The position numbers and the translations under genes were made by a program. From an uncultured Gemmatimonadaceae bacterium (GTDB lineage: Bacteria > Gemmatimonadota > Gemmatimonadetes > Gemmatimonadales > Gemmatimonadaceae), in NCBI GenBank assembly GCA_963843845.1, contig CAWJMB010000002.1, positions 3,072,001-3,136,000 of the forward strand: a DNA stretch of 64,000 nt, in the 5' to 3' direction. Under the pieces are notes generated by a model. That model did not search any database. It worked only from the letters and a program-made list of their open reading frames with translations, and had not been told where the DNA came from. Shown here in pieces: positions 1 to 8,823 of this stretch. How positions within the stretch are numbered: the stretch's first letter is position 1; every line of letters starts with the position of its first letter.

Positions 1-25
1 CACCGCGTCGACCCAATCGACACCC

Positions 26-3000
26 GTGCAGCGCACCCCGCCCGTCGACCCGGCGATGTTCGCGGCGCTCCGCTACCGCATGATCGGCCCGGCGCGCGGC
101 GGCCGTGTCACCGCCGTCACCGGCGTGCCGAGCCAGCCGTTCACGTTCTACATGGGCGCGACCGGCGGGGGCGTGTGGAAGACCGACGATGCCGGCGCGA
201 ACTGGCGCAACGTCTCCGACCGCTTCTTCGGCGAGGGCTCGATCGGCGCGATCGACGTCGCGGCGAGCGACCCGAACGTCGTCTACGTCGGCACCGGATC
301 GGACGGCATGCGCAGCAACGTGTCGACGGGTCGTGGCGTGTACCGCTCCGGCGACGCGGGGCGGACGTGGACGTTCGTCGGCCTCCGCGACGCCGGGCTG
401 ATCGGCGCGATCCGCGTCGACCCGCGCGATGCGAACGTGGCGTACGTGGCGGCGATCGGGAACGCATTCAAGCCGAACCCCGAGCGCGGCGTCTACCGCA
501 CGCGCGACGGCGGCAAGACGTGGCAGCGGGTGCTGTTCGTCTCCGACAGCACCGGCGCGGTCGACGTCGAGCTGCAGCCGGGAAGCCCGAACGTGCTCTA
601 CGCGTCGATGTGGCGCGGCGAGCGGAAGCCGTGGACGATCATCAGCGGCGCGCGCGAAGGCGGCATCTACAAGAGCACCGACGGCGGCACGACGTGGGCG
701 AAGCTCGGCGGGGGGCTGCCGAACGGGTTGTTCGGCAAGAGCAACCTCGCCGTCACCGCGGCGAACCCGAACCGGGTGTACGCGCTGATCGAGGCGAAGC
801 CGGGAAGCGGGCTCTATCGCTCGGAGGACGCCGGCGCGACGTGGGCCCTCGTCACCGCGCAGGGCTCGCTCATCACGCGACCGTTCTACTACACGACGCT
901 CGCCGCCGACCCGACGAACGCCGACGTCGTCTACGCCGGCGCCGAAGGGTTCTTCAAGTCGACCGACGGCGGCCGCACGTTCCGCTCGATGCCGACGCCG
1001 CACGGCGACAATCACGACCTGTGGGTCAGCCCGCGCGACGGCAACGTCATGATCCAGTCGAACGATGGCGGCGCGGCGGTCTCGCTGAACGGCGGCCGCA
1101 CGTGGAGCACGCTGTACAACCAGCCCACCGCCGAGATCTACAACGTCGCGGTCGACTCGCAGTGGCCGTACCGCGTCTACGGCGCACAGCAGGACCAGGG
1201 CGGCACGCTGATCGTGCCGTCGCTCCCGGTGACCGCCGGCGCGATCGACGACCCGATCCAGAGCTGGCGACAGGGGCCTGGCTGCGAGACGGGTCCCGTG
1301 ATGCCGCACCCGACGAACCCGGACACGGTCTACGGCTCGTGCAAGGGACAGTTCAGTCGCACGTCGCTGCGCACCGGAGTGGAACAACAGTACTGGGTCG
1401 GCGGACAGTCGTTGTATGGCATGCCGAACAAGGATCTGGTCTATCGCTTCCAGCGCGTCTCGCCGATGGCGACGAGCCCGCACGACAGTCGCATCGTCTA
1501 CTACGGCTCACAGTACCTGCACCGCTCGCTCGACGGCGGACAGTCGTGGACCCGCATGTCCCCCGATCTCACGGCCAACGACCCGCGCTACCGCAACACC
1601 ATCTCCGGCGAGCCGATCACGATCGACGTGACGGGCGAGGAGATGTACGCGACGCTCTACGCGATCGCGGAGTCGAAGGTCGCGAAAGGCGTGATCTGGA
1701 CGGGCGCGAACGACGGCCCCGTCTACGTCACGCGCGACAACGGCGCGACGTGGACGAACGTCACCCCGCCCACCCTCCCGCCGGGCGGTCGCGTGCAGAC
1801 CGTCGAGCCGTCGCCGCACCGCGCCGGCGGGGCGTACGTGTCGGTGCTCCGCTATCAGCTCGGCGACTTCAAGCCCTACATCTACGCGACGAACGACTAC
1901 GGCAAGTCGTGGCGACTGTTGACGCCCGGCGACAACGGCGTGCCGGACGACAGCCCCACGCGCGTCGTGCGCGAGGACCCGTCGCGCGCCGGGCTGCTCT
2001 ATGCCGGCACCGAGTACGGCACGTTCGTGTCGTTCGACGACGGGCGCCGCTGGCAGTCGTTCCGGCAGAACATGCCCGCCGTGCCGGTGACCGATTTCGT
2101 GATTCACCGCAACGACCTCGTCGTCGCGACGCAGGGGCGCGCGTTCTGGATCCTCGACGATCTCACGCCGCTGCACGCGCTCGCCGACTCGGTGCAGCGC
2201 ACGCGCATCGCCGCGGCGCCGGCTCACCTGTTCGCGCCGCGTGAGGCGGTCCGGCTTCGTTACCGCGCCTCGTTCGGCGGCGAGGAGTCCGACCGCGCGA
2301 GCGCCGTCGACCCGCAGTATCCGCCCGTCGGCGCGATGATCGACTACGTGGTGTCGCAGGCGCCGGAGGGGGTACTCTCGCTCGAGATCCTCGACTCCGC
2401 GGGCACCGTGCTGCGCCGAGTGACGAGCGGCGCTGCGCCGGCGCCGGCCGCCGGGGGCGGCCGCTTCGGCGGACGCGCCGAGTCGCTCGACGCGAGTCCG
2501 GGGATGCATCGCTACGTCTGGGATTACACAGTCGCCGGGAGCACCATCGCAGGAACGACGACGATGAACCAGGCGCCGATCCCGGGCGGCGGCCCAGCCG
2601 TGCCGCCTGGCCGCTTCACCGTTCGCCTCACCCTGCGCGGCGCCGGAACGAGCGCGTCGCAGTGGACGATGACGCAGCCGCTCGTCGTGAAGATCGATCC
2701 GCGGCTCGCGCGCGACGGCATCACGACTGCCGTGCTGCGCGAGCAGTTCGCGCACAACCAGCGCGTGCGCGCGCTCGTCGCCGAGACCAACGCCCTCGTC
2801 GAACGGGTGCGGAGCGAGCGTGCCCGCCTCGCCGCCGGCGGCGCGTCCGACACGCTCACCGGCGTGCAGGCGCTCGAGTCCCTCCTCGTCACACCGCCCG
2901 TGCGCTACAGCCGTCCGGGCCTGCAAGCGCAGGTGCAGTACCTCGCCGGGCTCACGTCGCAGGCTGACCAGAAGATCGGACGCGACGCGGTCGAGCGGTA

Positions 3001-3070
3001 CCAGCAGTTGCGCAGGGAGGTCGACGCCGCGCAGGCCGAGGCGCGGCGCTGGATCGGCGCGGCGCGGTGA
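26..3070 (+). CDS. VPS10/sortilin-like BNR (Asp-box) repeat beta-propeller protein (glycosyl hydrolase-like); probably begins upstream of the window
   Basis: Many S/TxDxGxTW Asp-boxes (KTDDAGANW, RSGDAGRTW, KSTDGGTTW, RSLDGGQSW); typical IGPARGGRV start; frame is open back to the window edge, so the signal peptide is probably outside. Confidence 0.85.
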   Translation: MQRTPPVDPAMFAALRYRMIGPARGGRVTAVTGVPSQPFTFYMGATGGGVWKTDDAGANWRNVSDRFFGEGSIGAIDVAASDPNVVYVGTGSDGMRSNVSTGRGVYRSGDAGRTWTFVGLRDAGLIGAIRVDPRDANVAYVAAIGNAFKPNPERGVYRTRDGGKTWQRVLFVSDSTGAVDVELQPGSPNVLYASMWRGERKPWTIISGAREGGIYKSTDGGTTWAKLGGGLPNGLFGKSNLAVTAANPNRVYALIEAKPGSGLYRSEDAGATWALVTAQGSLITRPFYYTTLAADPTNADVVYAGAEGFFKSTDGGRTFRSMPTPHGDNHDLWVSPRDGNVMIQSNDGGAAVSLNGGRTWSTLYNQPTAEIYNVAVDSQWPYRVYGAQQDQGGTLIVPSLPVTAGAIDDPIQSWRQGPGCETGPVMPHPTNPDTVYGSCKGQFSRTSLRTGVEQQYWVGGQSLYGMPNKDLVYRFQRVSPMATSPHDSRIVYYGSQYLHRSLDGGQSWTRMSPDLTANDPRYRNTISGEPITIDVTGEEMYATLYAIAESKVAKGVIWTGANDGPVYVTRDNGATWTNVTPPTLPPGGRVQTVEPSPHRAGGAYVSVLRYQLGDFKPYIYATNDYGKSWRLLTPGDNGVPDDSPTRVVREDPSRAGLLYAGTEYGTFVSFDDGRRWQSFRQNMPAVPVTDFVIHRNDLVVATQGRAFWILDDLTPLHALADSVQRTRIAAAPAHLFAPREAVRLRYRASFGGEESDRASAVDPQYPPVGAMIDYVVSQAPEGVLSLEILDSAGTVLRRVTSGAAPAPAAGGGRFGGRAESLDASPGMHRYVWDYTVAGSTIAGTTTMNQAPIPGGGPAVPPGRFTVRLTLRGAGTSASQWTMTQPLVVKIDPRLARDGITTAVLREQFAHNQRVRALVAETNALVERVRSERARLAAGGASDTLTGVQALESLLVTPPVRYSRPGLQAQVQYLAGLTSQADQKIGRDAVERYQQLRREVDAAQAEARRWIGAAR

Positions 3071-5097
3071 CGGCGGTGCGGGCGCCGGCGCAACGCCGGC
3101 GCCTGCTCACCGGGATCGCGCTCGCCCTCCCCTGGGCGAGTCTCGCCCTCGCCGAAGGCGCGCTGCGCATGGCGGACGTCGGGCACACGGACCCGCTGTT
3201 CGTTCCCTACGCCGACGACCGGCGCTTTCTGATGACGAACGATTCCGTGGGGCGGCGCTGGTTCCGCGGCGCCTTCGTCCCGTCGACGCACCTCGATTTC
3301 TTCCGCGCGACGCGAGGGCCGCGCACGCTGCGCCTCGTGTTTCAGGGCGAGTCGTCGGGCGCCGGGTTTCCGTACGGCCACGGCGGCGCGCCCTCGCGGA
3401 TGCTGGAGGCGCGCCTGCAGGCGACCTTTCCCGACCGCGACGTCGAGGTCGTGAACACGGCGCTCACCGCGGTGAGCTCGTACGTGCTCCTCGACCAGGC
3501 CGACGAGATCGTGGCGCAGCGCCCCGACGCGGTGCTCATCTACGCCGGGCACAACGAGTACTACGGTGTGTTCGGCGCGGCGTCGACGCGCGCCCTCGGC
3601 GGCTCGCGCGGCGTCGTGCGGGCGTACCTCACGCTGCGGCGGCTCCGGATCGTGCAGCTCGTGGAGCGGCTCGTCTCGCCGCGCGGCGCGCGGACGGATC
3701 CGGGGACGCCGACCGCGGCGAGCAGCGTCATGGAGCTGATGGCCGGCGAGCAGCTCGTGCCGCTCGGCTCCGACCGCTATCGCGCGGGGCTCGCGCAGTT
3801 CCGGGCGAATCTCGATGCGCTCCTCGCACGATACCGGGCGGCACGCATCCCGGTCTTCGTCGGCACGCTCGTGAGCAACGAGCGCGACCAGCCGCCGTTC
3901 GTCTCGGTGTTCGCGCCCGGCGTGGACAGCGTCGCGTGGCGCCGGGAGTACGCGGCCGGCGTCGCGGCGCTCGCGCACGGCGACGTCGCGACGGCCGAAC
4001 GGTCGCTCGGCGCGGCGTGGCGACTCGACAGCACTGTGGCCGACGGACTGTTCGCGCTGGGCAGGGTGCGCGAGGCACGCGGCGACAGCGCCCGCGCGCG
4101 CCTCGCGTATCGCGCGGCGAAAGAGCGCGACGCGCTGCGCTTCCGCGCCCCCGACGCGATGAACGCGATCGTCCGCGACGTCGCCGCGCGACGCGGCGCG
4201 ACGGTTGTCGAGACCGAGCGCGCGGTCGAGCGCGCGTCGCCGCTCGGCACGCCGGGGCGGACGCTCATTCTCGAGCACCTGCACCCGAACCTCGACGGCT
4301 ACTTCGTCGTCGCGGACGCGTTCTACGAGGCGCTGCGGGCGCGCGGCGCGTTCGGCACCTGGCCGGCGCCGGTCGGCGCCGACGTCGCGCGCCGCCTCGT
4401 GCCGACGACGCCCCTCGACTCGCTCGCGGCGATCATGCGCACCGACCGCCTCACCGCCGCCTGGCCGTTCCGGCCGCGCGGCACGAGCATCCCGTCGCTC
4501 GCCGACACGCTGCGCCCACGGACACTTCTCGACTCGCTCGCGCAGCGCCTCGTCGACGGCCGCGTCTCGTGGGCCGAGGCGACGGACCGTCTCCGCGCGC
4601 AGCGCGAGGCCGCCGGCGACGTCGACGGAGCGCTGCGCGCGTCGTACGCGCTCGCCGCGGAGTACCGGTACTCGGCCCAGCCGTACCTCGACGCGGCGCG
4701 CGTCGCGGCGGCGCACGGACGCGTTGGAGAGGCGCTGCGCGCCGCCCGGCTCGCGAACGCGCGGCGCGAGACGGCGGCGAGCGCCGCGCAGGTCGGCCTG
4801 CTCGCCCTGCGCGCCGGCGACTCCTCGGCAGTGCGCGACCTGGAGCGTGCCGCGGCACTCGCGCCAGGCGACGATGTCGCGCGCCGCGCGCTCGCCGCCG
4901 CGCGGATGCTGCCCTACCTCATGAGTGCCCGCGCCCGCGCGCCGCGCGACACGTCGCTGCTCTACAAGCTCGCTGCTGCGTACGCGCTCACGTCGCAGCC
5001 CGATTCGGCGCGGGCCGCGCTCCGCGCGCTGCTGGCGGTCGCACCGCGCCACGAGGCAGGGCGCGCGCTGCTCGCGCAGATCCCGCCGGGCGGCTGA
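3067..5097 (+). CDS. SGNH/GDSL-family hydrolase or transferase with N-terminal membrane anchor and TPR-like helical repeats
   Basis: Block I VFQGESSGAG, block III YAGHNE, block V-like LEHLHPN; N-terminal hydrophobic helix; GTGA overlap with the upstream stop. Confidence 0.8.
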   Translation: MTAVRAPAQRRRLLTGIALALPWASLALAEGALRMADVGHTDPLFVPYADDRRFLMTNDSVGRRWFRGAFVPSTHLDFFRATRGPRTLRLVFQGESSGAGFPYGHGGAPSRMLEARLQATFPDRDVEVVNTALTAVSSYVLLDQADEIVAQRPDAVLIYAGHNEYYGVFGAASTRALGGSRGVVRAYLTLRRLRIVQLVERLVSPRGARTDPGTPTAASSVMELMAGEQLVPLGSDRYRAGLAQFRANLDALLARYRAARIPVFVGTLVSNERDQPPFVSVFAPGVDSVAWRREYAAGVAALAHGDVATAERSLGAAWRLDSTVADGLFALGRVREARGDSARARLAYRAAKERDALRFRAPDAMNAIVRDVAARRGATVVETERAVERASPLGTPGRTLILEHLHPNLDGYFVVADAFYEALRARGAFGTWPAPVGADVARRLVPTTPLDSLAAIMRTDRLTAAWPFRPRGTSIPSLADTLRPRTLLDSLAQRLVDGRVSWAEATDRLRAQREAAGDVDGALRASYALAAEYRYSAQPYLDAARVAAAHGRVGEALRAARLANARRETAASAAQVGLLALRAGDSSAVRDLERAAALAPGDDVARRALAAARMLPYLMSARARAPRDTSLLYKLAAAYALTSQPDSARAALRALLAVAPRHEAGRALLAQIPPGG

Positions 5098-5119
5098 GCG
5101 CGCGGGCGGTGCACCGATC

Positions 5120-6976
5120 GTGAGCGCGACGCGCTACGTCCTCGGCCTCTCCGCGTTCTACCACGACGCCGCCGCCTGCCTCGTCGCCGACGGCGCGATC
5201 GTCGCCGCCGCGCAGGAAGAGCGCTTCACGCGCGTCAAAGGGGACGCGGCGTTCCCCGCGCACGCCGCGGCGTACTGCCTTCGGCATGCCGGCGTCACGG
5301 TCGACGACCTGGCGTGCGTCGCGTTCTACGACAAGCCGCTCCTCAAGTTCGAGCGTATCCTCGAGACGTACCTCGCGATGGCGCCGCGCGGCTTTCGCAG
5401 CTTTCGCGCGGCCGGACCGTTGTGGGCGAAGGAGAAGCTGTTCACCGACCGCGACGTGCGCCTCGCGTTAGGCACACTCGGCGGCGGCGCCCGCGCCGGA
5501 CGCGGCACGCCCTACGACGGCGACGTGCTCTACGCCGAGCATCACGAGTCGCACGCGGCGAGCGCCTTCTTCCCGTCGCCCTTCGAGCGCGCCGCGGTCC
5601 TCACCGTCGACGGTGTGGGCGAGTGGGCGACGGCGTCGATCGCCCGCGGCGACGGCACGGACCTCGAGATCCTCGCCGAGCTGCGGTGGCCCGATTCGCT
5701 CGGGCTGCTCTACTCGGCATTCACTGCCTACACGGGCTTCCGCGTCAACTCGGGCGAGTACAAGGTGATGGGGCTCGCTCCGTACGGAACGCCGCGCTAT
5801 GTGCGGACGATCCTCGACCACCTGATCGATCTGCGCGACGACGGATCGTTCACGCTCGACCAGCGCTATTTCGACTACCGCGGCGGGCTGCGCATGACGT
5901 CCGATGCGTTCCACGCGCTGTTCGGCGGACCGCCGCGCGCGCCCGAGAGCGCGCTCACGCAGCGCGACATGGACCTCGCGCGCTCGGTGCAGGATGTCTG
6001 CGAGGAGGTGATGTTACGGCTCGCGCGCACGGCACACCGCGAGACGGGGCTCGACGCACTCTGCCTGGCCGGCGGCGTCGCGCTGAACTGTGTCGCCAAC
6101 GGGCGCATTCTGCGCGAGGGGCCGTTCCGCGCGCTCTGGGTCCAGCCCGCGGCAGGCGACGCGGGCGGGGCGTTGGGCGCGGCCACGCTCGCGTGGCACC
6201 GCGCCCTCGGAGGCGCGCGCGGACGACCGATGCACCGCAGCGGTGCGGACGCGGCCACCCCGCGCGGCGCCGGCGCCGACGACGGTGGTGCGCACGACGC
6301 GATGGGCGGTGCGTACCTCGGACCGTCGTACGACGACGCCGAGATCGCGGCGGCGCTCGACGCATTCGGCGCCGTGTACGAGCGTGTCGCGCCCGAGGAG
6401 CTGCCGGCGCGTGGCGCGGCGCTCCTCGCCGCGGGCGGTGTGGTCGGCTGGTTCAGCGGCCGGATGGAGTTCGGCCCGCGGTCGCTCGGCGCGCGCAGCA
6501 TTCTCGCCGATCCCCGCGACCCGCGGATGCAGTCGACGATCAACATGCGCGTCAAGGGGCGCGAAGGATTCCGGCCGTTCGCGCCGAGCGTGTTACGCGA
6601 GCACGCGCACGCGTGGTTCGAGCTGGACGTCGACTCGCCCTACATGATGCTCGTCGCGCCGGTCGCCGCGGCGCACCGGTCGGACGTCCCCGCCGTCACG
6701 CACGTCGACGGTTCGGCCCGCGTGCAGACGGTCGACGCCGCGGCGCATCCCGCGTTTCACGCGCTGCTCACCGCGTTCCACGCGCGCACCGGCTGCCCGA
6801 TCCTCGTGAACACGAGCTTCAACGTGCGCGGCGAGCCGATCGTCTGCACGCCGGCGGACGCGTACCGCTGCTTCATGCAGACCGGGCTCGATCACCTCGT
6901 GATCGGCCCGTACGTGCTCGCGAAGTCGCGTCAGCCGGCGTGGACGGCGCCGGTCGTCCCGCCGCCGCTCGACTGA
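5120..6976 (+). CDS. O-carbamoyltransferase, NodU/CmcH/SxtI family
   Basis: VLGLSAFYHDAAA, AAQEERFTRVK, EHHESHAASAF, GEYKVMGLAPYG, AGGVALNCVANG, GRMEFGPRSLGARS, NTSFNVRGEPIV; start set at GTG 5120 after the upstream stop at 5097. Confidence 0.95.
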   Translation: MSATRYVLGLSAFYHDAAACLVADGAIVAAAQEERFTRVKGDAAFPAHAAAYCLRHAGVTVDDLACVAFYDKPLLKFERILETYLAMAPRGFRSFRAAGPLWAKEKLFTDRDVRLALGTLGGGARAGRGTPYDGDVLYAEHHESHAASAFFPSPFERAAVLTVDGVGEWATASIARGDGTDLEILAELRWPDSLGLLYSAFTAYTGFRVNSGEYKVMGLAPYGTPRYVRTILDHLIDLRDDGSFTLDQRYFDYRGGLRMTSDAFHALFGGPPRAPESALTQRDMDLARSVQDVCEEVMLRLARTAHRETGLDALCLAGGVALNCVANGRILREGPFRALWVQPAAGDAGGALGAATLAWHRALGGARGRPMHRSGADAATPRGAGADDGGAHDAMGGAYLGPSYDDAEIAAALDAFGAVYERVAPEELPARGAALLAAGGVVGWFSGRMEFGPRSLGARSILADPRDPRMQSTINMRVKGREGFRPFAPSVLREHAHAWFELDVDSPYMMLVAPVAAAHRSDVPAVTHVDGSARVQTVDAAAHPAFHALLTAFHARTGCPILVNTSFNVRGEPIVCTPADAYRCFMQTGLDHLVIGPYVLAKSRQPAWTAPVVPPPLD

Positions 6977-6979
6977 GCG

Positions 6980-7375
6980 ATGGTGCCCCCGACGGCTCCC
7001 GCGACGCCGCGCGCGATGCGGCACTTCGGCCTGACGTCAGGCACCGCGTTCCTCGCGCTCGCGGCGCTCGGCGCGTGGCGCGGGCGCGGCATCGTGGCCG
7101 CGGTGGCCGGCGCGTTCGGCACGCTCCTGCTCGCGGCGGCAGCGATCGCGCCGATGCGGCTCGCGGCCGTGGAGCGACGGTGGATGGTGCTGGCGCACGC
7201 GATGTCGCGCGTGACGACGCCCCTGTTCATGGGCGTCGTCTACTTCGGCGTCGTCACGCCGCTCGGCCTCGCGCTCCGCGTCGTGCGGCGCCGTGATCGA
7301 GCGCGCGACGCGGGCACGTTCCTCGTGCGCCGCGCGCCGGGCACGCGGCGCAGCGACCTGCGGCGTCAGTTCTGA
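6980..7375 (+). CDS. SxtJ-family membrane protein
   Basis: RHFG start, three hydrophobic segments, WMVLAHAMSRV and YFGVVTPLGL, C-terminal LRRQF; 3 nt after the carbamoyltransferase. Confidence 0.8.
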   Translation: MVPPTAPATPRAMRHFGLTSGTAFLALAALGAWRGRGIVAAVAGAFGTLLLAAAAIAPMRLAAVERRWMVLAHAMSRVTTPLFMGVVYFGVVTPLGLALRVVRRRDRARDAGTFLVRRAPGTRRSDLRRQF

Positions 7376-7428
7376 CCCGCGCCGTTCACGGCACGCGCGC
7401 CACCGGGATCCGCGGGCGGCTCGACCGT

Positions 7429-7508
7429 TCGACAGAAGGAACGGAAGGAACGGAAGAAGGACCAATCGATCGTCGGTTCTCTTCTGTTCCTTCTGTTCCT
7501 TCTGTCGA
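7429..7508. repeat. 80-bp imperfect palindrome with an internal 9-bp periodic unit (ACRGAAGGA x~3 per arm); REP-like element or terminator
   Basis: Left arm TCGACAGAAGGAACGGAAGGAACGGAAGAAGGACC pairs with right arm GGTTCTCTTCTGTTCCTTCTGTTCCTTCTGTCGA; lies between convergent genes. Confidence 0.85.
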
Positions 7509-7538
7509 CACACCGCGACGAGCAGAGCGCGTCGGTGA

Positions 7539-8642
7539 CTACGGCGTCGGCCGCTGTTGCGGCGTGGAGCTCGGCGCGCTCGCGACGCCGACCGTCGGCC
7601 AGCCGTTCTGGTAGGTGATGCGATCGAGCAGCATCGGCCGGCGCGAGATCGCCGTATTCCCGGGAATGAGGTACGGATTCGTCGCGCTGATCGCGTGGTA
7701 GAGCATCCACTCCGCGCCGGCCGCGTCGCGCACCACGGCATTGTGGCCGGGCGCGAGCCACGGGCCGCCCGCGCGGAGGATCGGCTGCGCCGCGCCGCCG
7801 CTCGACAGCACCTCGAACGGCCCCGTCGGCGACGACGCGCGCGCGACCATGACCGCGTAGTGCGCGCCGGCGCCGCAGCAGCCGTTCCCGGAGAAGTACA
7901 GGTAGTAGTACGGCGCGGTGTACGTCACCCACGGCCCCTCGATCAGCCCCGTGTCGTACGCGCTCGGGTCGTTGCCGCCGCGCACCGCGACGACGGCCTT
8001 CGGCGTGCTCCCGACGACGAACGTCTGGCGGTCCGCCGCGAGCTCCTGCACGAGCAGCGGCGAGCCGGCCGAGCCCCAGTACAGATAGCGCCGCCCCGTC
8101 TGCGGATCGTCGAACGCCATCGGGTCGATCGTCGTGAAGCTCGGCCCGCAGCGCACCGGCCGGCCGACATCGACGAACGGTCCGGCCGCCGTCGCGGCCG
8201 TCGCCATGCCGATGCAGAAGCCGTCGTCGGGGCTCGTGCGCTTCGACGCGTCGATCTGCGCCGAGAAGTACATGACGAAGCGGCCGTCGCGCTCCAGCAC
8301 GTCGGGGGCCCAGAAGTTCTGCGACTCGCTCGCCCACGTCGGGCGGGTCGGCATCGCCTCGCCGAGCCGCGTCCACGTCACGAGGTCGCGCGAGCGGGCG
8401 ACCTGCACCATGACGCCGGTCGTCTGCGTCGCGTAGGCGTAGTAGTTCCCGTCGCTCGCGCGGACCACCGCCGGGTCGGGGAAGTCGGCATCGAGCACCG
8501 GGTTCACGTACTGCTGCGCCGTCGGCGTGACCGGCGTGGGCGGCTGCGTGACGGTGCCGCCGCCGCCGCCGTCGCCCCCGCCCCCGCACGCGGCGAGAAC
8601 GATCCAGAAGGCGGCGAGTGCGCGCGTCGAGGTCTGCTGCAT
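7539..8642 (-). CDS. Glycoside hydrolase family 43 lipoprotein
   Basis: Lipobox LAAC; YVNPVLDADFPDP, WAPD, IDP, IEGPW, APGHN five-bladed propeller motifs. Confidence 0.9.
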   Translation of the reverse strand: MQQTSTRALAAFWIVLAACGGGGDGGGGGTVTQPPTPVTPTAQQYVNPVLDADFPDPAVVRASDGNYYAYATQTTGVMVQVARSRDLVTWTRLGEAMPTRPTWASESQNFWAPDVLERDGRFVMYFSAQIDASKRTSPDDGFCIGMATAATAAGPFVDVGRPVRCGPSFTTIDPMAFDDPQTGRRYLYWGSAGSPLLVQELAADRQTFVVGSTPKAVVAVRGGNDPSAYDTGLIEGPWVTYTAPYYYLYFSGNGCCGAGAHYAVMVARASSPTGPFEVLSSGGAAQPILRAGGPWLAPGHNAVVRDAAGAEWMLYHAISATNPYLIPGNTAISRRPMLLDRITYQNGWPTVGVASAPSSTPQQRPTP

Positions 8643-8659
8643 CGGACGACGGGGTGAGG

Positions 8660-8821
8660 CTAGAAGACGGTGTAGATGAAGGGCGCGAGCGCCGAGCCCT
8701 GGGCGAGCGTGACGAGCATCCCGACCGCGACGAGCACGAGCACGAGCGGCAGGAGCCAGAGCTTCTTGCGGGCACGCATGAACGCCCACAGCTCGCCCAG
8801 CAGCGTGGGGCGTGCCGTCAC
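8660..8821 (-). CDS. DUF5989 / SxtK-like small membrane peptide (53 aa)
   Basis: (M)TARPTLLGELWAFMRARKKLWLLPLVLVLVAVGMLVTLAQGSALAPFIYTVF; buried at the end of the 8660..9406 ORF; GTG start 2 nt after the upstream stop. Confidence 0.85.
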   Translation of the reverse strand: MTARPTLLGELWAFMRARKKLWLLPLVLVLVAVGMLVTLAQGSALAPFIYTVF

Positions 8822-8823
8822 GC

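Noticed and set aside
3067..8821. Saxitoxin biosynthesis cluster
   Set aside because: Only the widespread SxtI/J/K/L-like module is present; no sxtA PKS, amidinotransferase or other core genes
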